This document shows positions 22,670 to 26,909 of a stretch of 26,909 nt of DNA, in pieces. Location of the stretch: the IMG/VR virus record IMGVR_UViG_3300034102_003688, positions 1 to 26,909 of that record. One strand, written 5' to 3'. The stretch is from a virus. Its lineage: Duplodnaviria; Caudoviricetes. Both the position numbers and the translations under genes were made by a program. The stretch's first letter is position 1. The number at the start of each line of letters is the position of its first letter. The notes beneath the pieces were generated by a model. That model searched no databases. It was not told where the DNA came from and saw only the letters and a program-made list of their open reading frames with translations.

Positions 22670-23503
22670 TCAGGCCAGACGCGCAAATGCGCGGGCGGTT
22701 TGACGTTGCTGCTGGTTTACTTTGTCCATCTCATCGTCGAGCAGGCTCTCGGCCTCGCTGCGTTCGATGCGGGCTTTGTCGTGTTGCCCGTCCTCGCGCA
22801 GGGCGTCGGCATACGCGGCGTGCGTCACATGCGGGGCGAGCACATACGGGAAAGGTTCCACCGCCCAGAAAGTCGGCGCGACGTTCGGCACCTGGTTGGT
22901 GTTGGTCGCAAGAGCCCTGTATGTCTGGCCCGTGGCGGCGAGATACACACGATCCCCGGCGGCATACGTGGTAAGCGTGGAATGCGTGGTGGCGCTCATC
23001 TCACTGGGGCGGATCCGATATTCCACCCACACGGAAACCAGCCCGAGATCGATCGTCACGGCGTCGTCGACGATCCGGAACGGGATGGGTTGGCCGGTCT
23101 TGGCGGGGTTGCCCGTGAACACGTTGAACACCTCGCCCATCACCGTCTTGCCGGTTTGTTCCAGCGGGATCGACCGATCAAGATCCGTCAGCGGCGTCCA
23201 CCAGGCGGTTTCGGTGAGGGCGTGGTTGAGGTTCGCCGCCTGGAGGCTCTGGTAATAGCCGCCGTTCCCATACACCTCTGCGCCGAGCGCGTAGGTGGTC
23301 GCGGCCGAGTAAGCGTCCCGGAAGAAGCGTTGTTCGCTCCGGCTCAGATCCGGCCACGGATAAATCTCCCAAGCCCGGCGCAGATGTTTGTTGATATACC
23401 GGGTGAGACCCTCGGCTTGGGCCGAGGTGAAATTGGTTGCGGGATCCAGCCCCAGCGAACTGGCGACCCCGTGCAGCACACTCTTGAACGTGACGGTCCT
23501 CAT
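22670..23503 (-). CDS. Head-tail adaptor (tail tubular protein A-like) with two CBM5/12-like inserts
   Basis: N-terminal YINKHLRRAWEIYPWP and C-terminal AYADALREDGQHDKA adaptor motifs; inserts YSAATTYALGAEVY...YQSL...WW and TTYAAGDRVY...YRAL...P...FW. Confidence 0.7.
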   Translation of the reverse strand: MRTVTFKSVLHGVASSLGLDPATNFTSAQAEGLTRYINKHLRRAWEIYPWPDLSRSEQRFFRDAYSAATTYALGAEVYGNGGYYQSLQAANLNHALTETAWWTPLTDLDRSIPLEQTGKTVMGEVFNVFTGNPAKTGQPIPFRIVDDAVTIDLGLVSVWVEYRIRPSEMSATTHSTLTTYAAGDRVYLAATGQTYRALATNTNQVPNVAPTFWAVEPFPYVLAPHVTHAAYADALREDGQHDKARIERSEAESLLDDEMDKVNQQQRQTARAFARLA

Positions 23504-23688
23504 CGGCGCAGGGCTTTCTCGCGTTTGAGCAGTTCGGCCACGATGTGCCGGAGCCTCGGCTCGGCGTCGGGTTCGAGCTCAATGATGTGCCCTTCGAGTT
23601 CCCACGCGCATTTGCCTTCGGGCGCGGGCACCTGGAGGAACCCGAGCACGCTCATGGCTTTGCATTGTTGGGGACTCGGCGACGTCAT
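23500..23688 (-). CDS. Hypothetical protein
   Basis: 62 aa; ATGA-coupled at both ends (23685-23688 and 23500-23503). Confidence 0.6.
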   Translation of the reverse strand: MTSPSPQQCKAMSVLGFLQVPAPEGKCAWELEGHIIELEPDAEPRLRHIVAELLKREKALRR

Positions 23689-24014
23689 GCTCGGAGTCCG
23701 TTCACCCGCAGCGTGGTTTTTGCCGACTGGCTCTTCACCCGCAGATGCGGGTTGTCGCGCAGATACCGTTTGCGGAAATCTTTGTCCGCCCAGCACCCTT
23801 TGCCGTGCAGCGCTTCGAGCCCGAAATAAATGTCCGGATGCACGGAGAGCGTGCATTGACCCAACCCCTCGACGTGTGCCCGCTGGAGCCGTTCGTTGGC
23901 GGCGGCGATCTGCGCCTGTTGCACCTCGGCCATGGCGGCCCGTGCGTTCCAGCCAGCGCGAAACTCCGCCGCAAGCGGGGCAAGCTCCTCGTTCCAGTCG
24001 ATCTGTTGGATCAT
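23685..24014 (-). CDS. Hypothetical phage protein downstream of the capsid genes
   Basis: 109 aa; GCWADKDFRKRYLRDNP motif typical of small post-capsid proteins. Confidence 0.75.
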   Translation of the reverse strand: MIQQIDWNEELAPLAAEFRAGWNARAAMAEVQQAQIAAANERLQRAHVEGLGQCTLSVHPDIYFGLEALHGKGCWADKDFRKRYLRDNPHLRVKSQSAKTTLRVNGLRA

Positions 24015-24022
24015 AAAGAGGG

Positions 24023-24053
24023 GCCGCCCGGGGTGGATCTCACCCCGGACGGC
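24023..24053 (-). terminator. Hairpin/terminator after the capsid and decoration genes
   Basis: GCCG-CCCGGGGTG-GATCT-CACCCCGG-A-CGGC stem, followed by CCCTCTTT on the - strand. Confidence 0.6.
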
Positions 24054-24071
24054 TTTGGGTCGCGGAAGCGG

Positions 24072-24524
24072 TTAGGACGCCTTGTTGAGGTTGATGAGCT
24101 GCACGAACAGGTGCACCTCGCCCTCATTGAGTGCCGCGAGGTTCTTTGCGGACATGGACCCGAACGTGAGCTTGAACGTGTCGGCCGCCGTGTAGGCTTT
24201 GCCGGTCGTCGCGGTGAACACGCCGAAATCCACTTTGCTCCCGTTGGCGTTGAGCTCGGCCGCAGTCCGCCAGGTCGTGGCCGATGCGTTGTCGCCGATG
24301 CTCAGCGTGGTGGTGTTGTGGGCCGCGTCCGCGCTGTTGCGGAACGGGGTCTTGAGCTTGAACAGGCCCAAGTCGCCCACGGCATACCCGGCGGCCAGGG
24401 GGATGTTGATCGCCTGCGCGGTGTTTGCGGTGGTCTCGGTCAGGTCGGTGTGGTCCACCTTGATGAGGTGACTGCACCCGGTGGACACTTTCTCTTCGAT
24501 GGGAAGTTCGATGACTTGGCTCAT
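24072..24524 (-). CDS. Putative capsid decoration / cement protein
   Basis: 150 aa, beta-rich, Thr/Ala-rich; immediately downstream of the major capsid gene and before a terminator. Confidence 0.6.
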   Translation of the reverse strand: MSQVIELPIEEKVSTGCSHLIKVDHTDLTETTANTAQAINIPLAAGYAVGDLGLFKLKTPFRNSADAAHNTTTLSIGDNASATTWRTAAELNANGSKVDFGVFTATTGKAYTAADTFKLTFGSMSAKNLAALNEGEVHLFVQLINLNKAS

Positions 24525-24527
24525 AAC

Positions 24528-25529
24528 TTAGGAAGCGGCGATTTTACCGTGGGCAAGAGGGCTGGTGACGCAGAGGGACACGATGGCGTCGATGACGCCG
24601 CGAGGGCCGCCGCCAGCGTCGGGCAAGGGCCGGAAGTAAGGCGCGGTGTGGGTGCGCAGCTCGATGAACTCCATGTCCACCAGGGCCGCGTGTTTCATGT
24701 TGGGCGTGCCGCCCCCCGTGGTGGCGCCGACGAACAGGTCGGGGATGATTTCAACCACCCCGTAGTCGCCTTCGTAGAGGTCGATCGCCGTCACAAAGGC
24801 GCGGTCCTTGAGCTCGCCGTTGAATTGGCGGATCACGGTGTTGCTCGCCTTGTTCGGCGCATACCGACCGAAGTCGGTGATGGCGTTTTTGACCTGGGTG
24901 CCCGCGAACAACACGAGTTCCTTGGCAACGCCGGTCTTCTCGTAACGGCTCTGGAGAATGGCGCGGAAATCGTCCTCGTCGAAGTCCGTCATTGCGCCGC
25001 TGTAGATGCTCGCCGCCGGGGTGCGATAAGCCTCGTCGGTGATGGGCAGATCGGTCTGCACGGCGGACTGCACCCATTTCTGGAAGCCGCGCTGTTTGCT
25101 GCCGTCCTGCCCGTTGTCCTCGGCGGACTCCTGGTTGGAGAGCATCGCAATCTCCATGTTGCGCTTGATCTCGTACATGCTCTTGCGCTTGGCTCGGGCA
25201 AACTCGCGCTCGGGAACTCCCGCGACGGTCTGCACGTTCTCGGCGATGAAGCCCACCATGGGCGCTTCACGGTACACCTCGCACCGGGCGCTGAGACGGG
25301 CCCGGCGTTCGGCGGCGTTGGAGAAGGTGTCGACGTCTTTGCCGTCGGGCACCCCGCCCGCCTTCGGGTCCGCGTAGCGGTCCACCTGGAAGGAGTAGAT
25401 GATGTTGGTCGGAGTGTCGCCTTTCGGCAGCTTCGACATGAAAGGCATTTGCTTGGCATCGGCCACGGCGAGGATGTCGGAGAGATCCTCGCGTGCGCCG
25501 ACTTGGGCGACTTGGTTGGTGTAAGGCAT
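24528..25529 (-). CDS. Major capsid protein (SU10/DUF5309-like HK97 fold)
   Basis: 333 aa; GAREDLSDIL, PFMS, EIKRNMEIAMLSN, IDLYEGDYGVVEIIP, C-terminal PLAHGKI. Confidence 0.88.
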   Translation of the reverse strand: MPYTNQVAQVGAREDLSDILAVADAKQMPFMSKLPKGDTPTNIIYSFQVDRYADPKAGGVPDGKDVDTFSNAAERRARLSARCEVYREAPMVGFIAENVQTVAGVPEREFARAKRKSMYEIKRNMEIAMLSNQESAEDNGQDGSKQRGFQKWVQSAVQTDLPITDEAYRTPAASIYSGAMTDFDEDDFRAILQSRYEKTGVAKELVLFAGTQVKNAITDFGRYAPNKASNTVIRQFNGELKDRAFVTAIDLYEGDYGVVEIIPDLFVGATTGGGTPNMKHAALVDMEFIELRTHTAPYFRPLPDAGGGPRGVIDAIVSLCVTSPLAHGKIAAS

Positions 25530-25544
25530 AGAAACAGGGTCTGG

Positions 25545-26633
25545 TTATGCCCGGCTCGCTGTGGCCATGAAGAACCGCTCGATCGCGTCGGCGCTGCCGC
25601 CGCTCTGGAACACTTCTTCAAGGGCCTTGGTCCTCACCAGTTTGTCGGTGGCGACTTTGGGCACGGGCGTTTTGGTGACCGGCGCAGCAGGTGCGCGCTC
25701 GGGTTGTTTGATGGGTGTGGGCTTGGGCGTTTCGCCGCGCTGCATCCGGGCCCGGTGACCTTCGAGCCATTCGCCCACGAACACCTCGGGATCGGCGAAG
25801 CGCCGAATCTCGGGCAACGCCTGGAGCACTTGCTGGAAGAGCCGGTGTTCGTCGCTCTTCGTGTCGAAGAGCGCCGGATACTCCGTGCGCGCCAGCTCGA
25901 TTTGTTCGGTGCGTTGCCGGAGAAACTCCGCTCGCGCCGGGGCGTGTTCGCTGAGCACCTCGTCGCACCGCGAGAAATGGCTGCGGATCTCCGCCGCCGT
26001 GGCTACTCGGGTGCCGCCGTTGCCGTCGGGCACTTCCACGGGATCGCCCGTTTCCGGGTCGACACCGTCCCAGTGCGTGATGGCCCAGGCGCGGATGCGT
26101 TTGGCTCGGGCGATTTCTTCCTGGAGTTGCGCGGCGTTCTCGACGTGGGCCAGCGGGGTTTCCGCAGACGTCGGCACGGGCGCCTCGGCAGGAGAGGCCG
26201 GGGTGGTTTGGGTGAGCTTGGCTTCCAGCTCGGCGATGCGGGCCTCGCGTTCCGCCACCGCATCGGACACCGCTTTCGCGGAGGTCTCCTCGGCAGTCTT
26301 AGCGCGGGCCGTGAGTTTGTTGATCCGCTTGAGCATCTTGGCGATGGCGCGCGGATCGTTCTCGGCGATTTCGTCTTCCTCCTCGGGCTGGGCCTTCTGT
26401 TCTGGCTCGGCTTCCGGGGTTTGGTCCTGAAGATCGGTCGGATCGGGCTGCTCCGTCGGATCGGTCGGATCTTGAAGATCAGTCGGATCGGTCGGATCGG
26501 TCGGATCGGTCGGATCGGTCGGATCGGTCGGATCGGTCGGATCAGTCGGATCAGTCGGATTTGCTGCGGTGGTTTGCTGGCCGAGAAACTCGCGTTCCTG
26601 CGGGTCGAGCAAAGCGATGAGATCGTTGGTCAT
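25545..26633 (-). CDS. Capsid scaffolding protein
   Basis: Acidic disordered N-terminus, KRINKLTARAK coiled-coil motif, Pro-rich C-terminus; directly upstream of the major capsid gene. Confidence 0.78.
   Translation of the reverse strand: MTNDLIALLDPQEREFLGQQTTAANPTDPTDPTDPTDPTDPTDPTDPTDPTDLQDPTDPTEQPDPTDLQDQTPEAEPEQKAQPEEEDEIAENDPRAIAKMLKRINKLTARAKTAEETSAKAVSDAVAEREARIAELEAKLTQTTPASPAEAPVPTSAETPLAHVENAAQLQEEIARAKRIRAWAITHWDGVDPETGDPVEVPDGNGGTRVATAAEIRSHFSRCDEVLSEHAPARAEFLRQRTEQIELARTEYPALFDTKSDEHRLFQQVLQALPEIRRFADPEVFVGEWLEGHRARMQRGETPKPTPIKQPERAPAAPVTKTPVPKVATDKLVRTKALEEVFQSGGSADAIERFFMATASRA
26430..26560. repeat. 9-bp tandem repeat GATC(G/A)GTCG encoding (PTD)n
   Basis: Nine contiguous units at 26477-26557 plus partial copies at 26432-26470. 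Confidence 0.92.
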
Positions 26634-26738
26634 GGAGAAACCCTCCAAGGGGTTGAGTGGGTCAACGCGCTTGGGGCGACCCGGCCGTGAAGGCGGGAAG
26701 CAATGGGAAGTGCGCGCAGAAACTTCGGCATGAGGGGA

Positions 26739-26802
26739 GCAATGGGGGATTGCCCGAGGCCCCTTCAAGCCGCCGCCCTGAGAACAACGGAAAACCGGGA
26801 AA
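26739..26802 (-). promoter_or_regulatory. Putative late promoter with upstream conserved box
   Basis: TTTCCCGGTTTTCCGT-N18-TTGAAG-N18-CATTGC upstream of the scaffold gene. Confidence 0.5.
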
Positions 26803-26830
26803 ACAATGCTCGTTAGCCCCTGGAACGACA

Positions 26831-26862
26831 AAAGGCGCAGAGCATCAAAGCCCTGCGCCTTT
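26831..26862 (-). terminator. Intrinsic terminator-like hairpin upstream of the scaffold promoter
   Basis: AAAGGCGCAG (26831-26840) / CTGCGCCTTT (26853-26862); ends in TTTT on the - strand. Confidence 0.55.
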
Positions 26863-26909
26863 GGCGGGAATGGTCAGTTGTAAAGGAATCCTTGTCAGCT
26901 CATGGCGGC

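Overview
A high-GC temperate phage genome segment with podovirus-like (P22/T7/SU10-type) virion genes. The left part (538-2715, + strand) is an early or accessory cluster of small genes, including a DUF6573 protein and an XRE-type HTH protein, separated by GC-rich hairpins and A/C-rich leaders with no Shine-Dalgarno sequence. Positions 2770-3010 look like an intact attP whose core is the 5' HALF of a tRNA-Thr(UGU) gene, flanked on both sides by repeated AAAGCGTATCA sites and followed by a tyrosine integrase (3017-4189). The rest (4272-26633, - strand) is a virion and lysis region. In transcription order it encodes scaffold, major capsid, decoration protein, head-tail adaptor with carbohydrate-binding inserts, an FCCH-like repeat protein, a lysis block (holin-like, small Zn-binding protein, DUF1353, CHAP endolysin), portal, tail tube/nozzle, tail fibre and three ejection-type proteins. 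The last of these is a 1962-aa polyvalent protein with a 3D lytic domain. The most unusual points are (1) a PAPS-reductase-like PP-loop enzyme plus a degenerate SET-domain protein embedded among the ejection genes, next to a poly-Lys-tailed virion protein; (2) the 5'-half tRNA attP, which would put the host tRNA under a phage promoter after integration; (3) a GATCGGTCG repeat inserted in frame into two unrelated virion genes; (4) a shared late-promoter architecture. All family assignments come from recognising motifs by eye, not from database searches.
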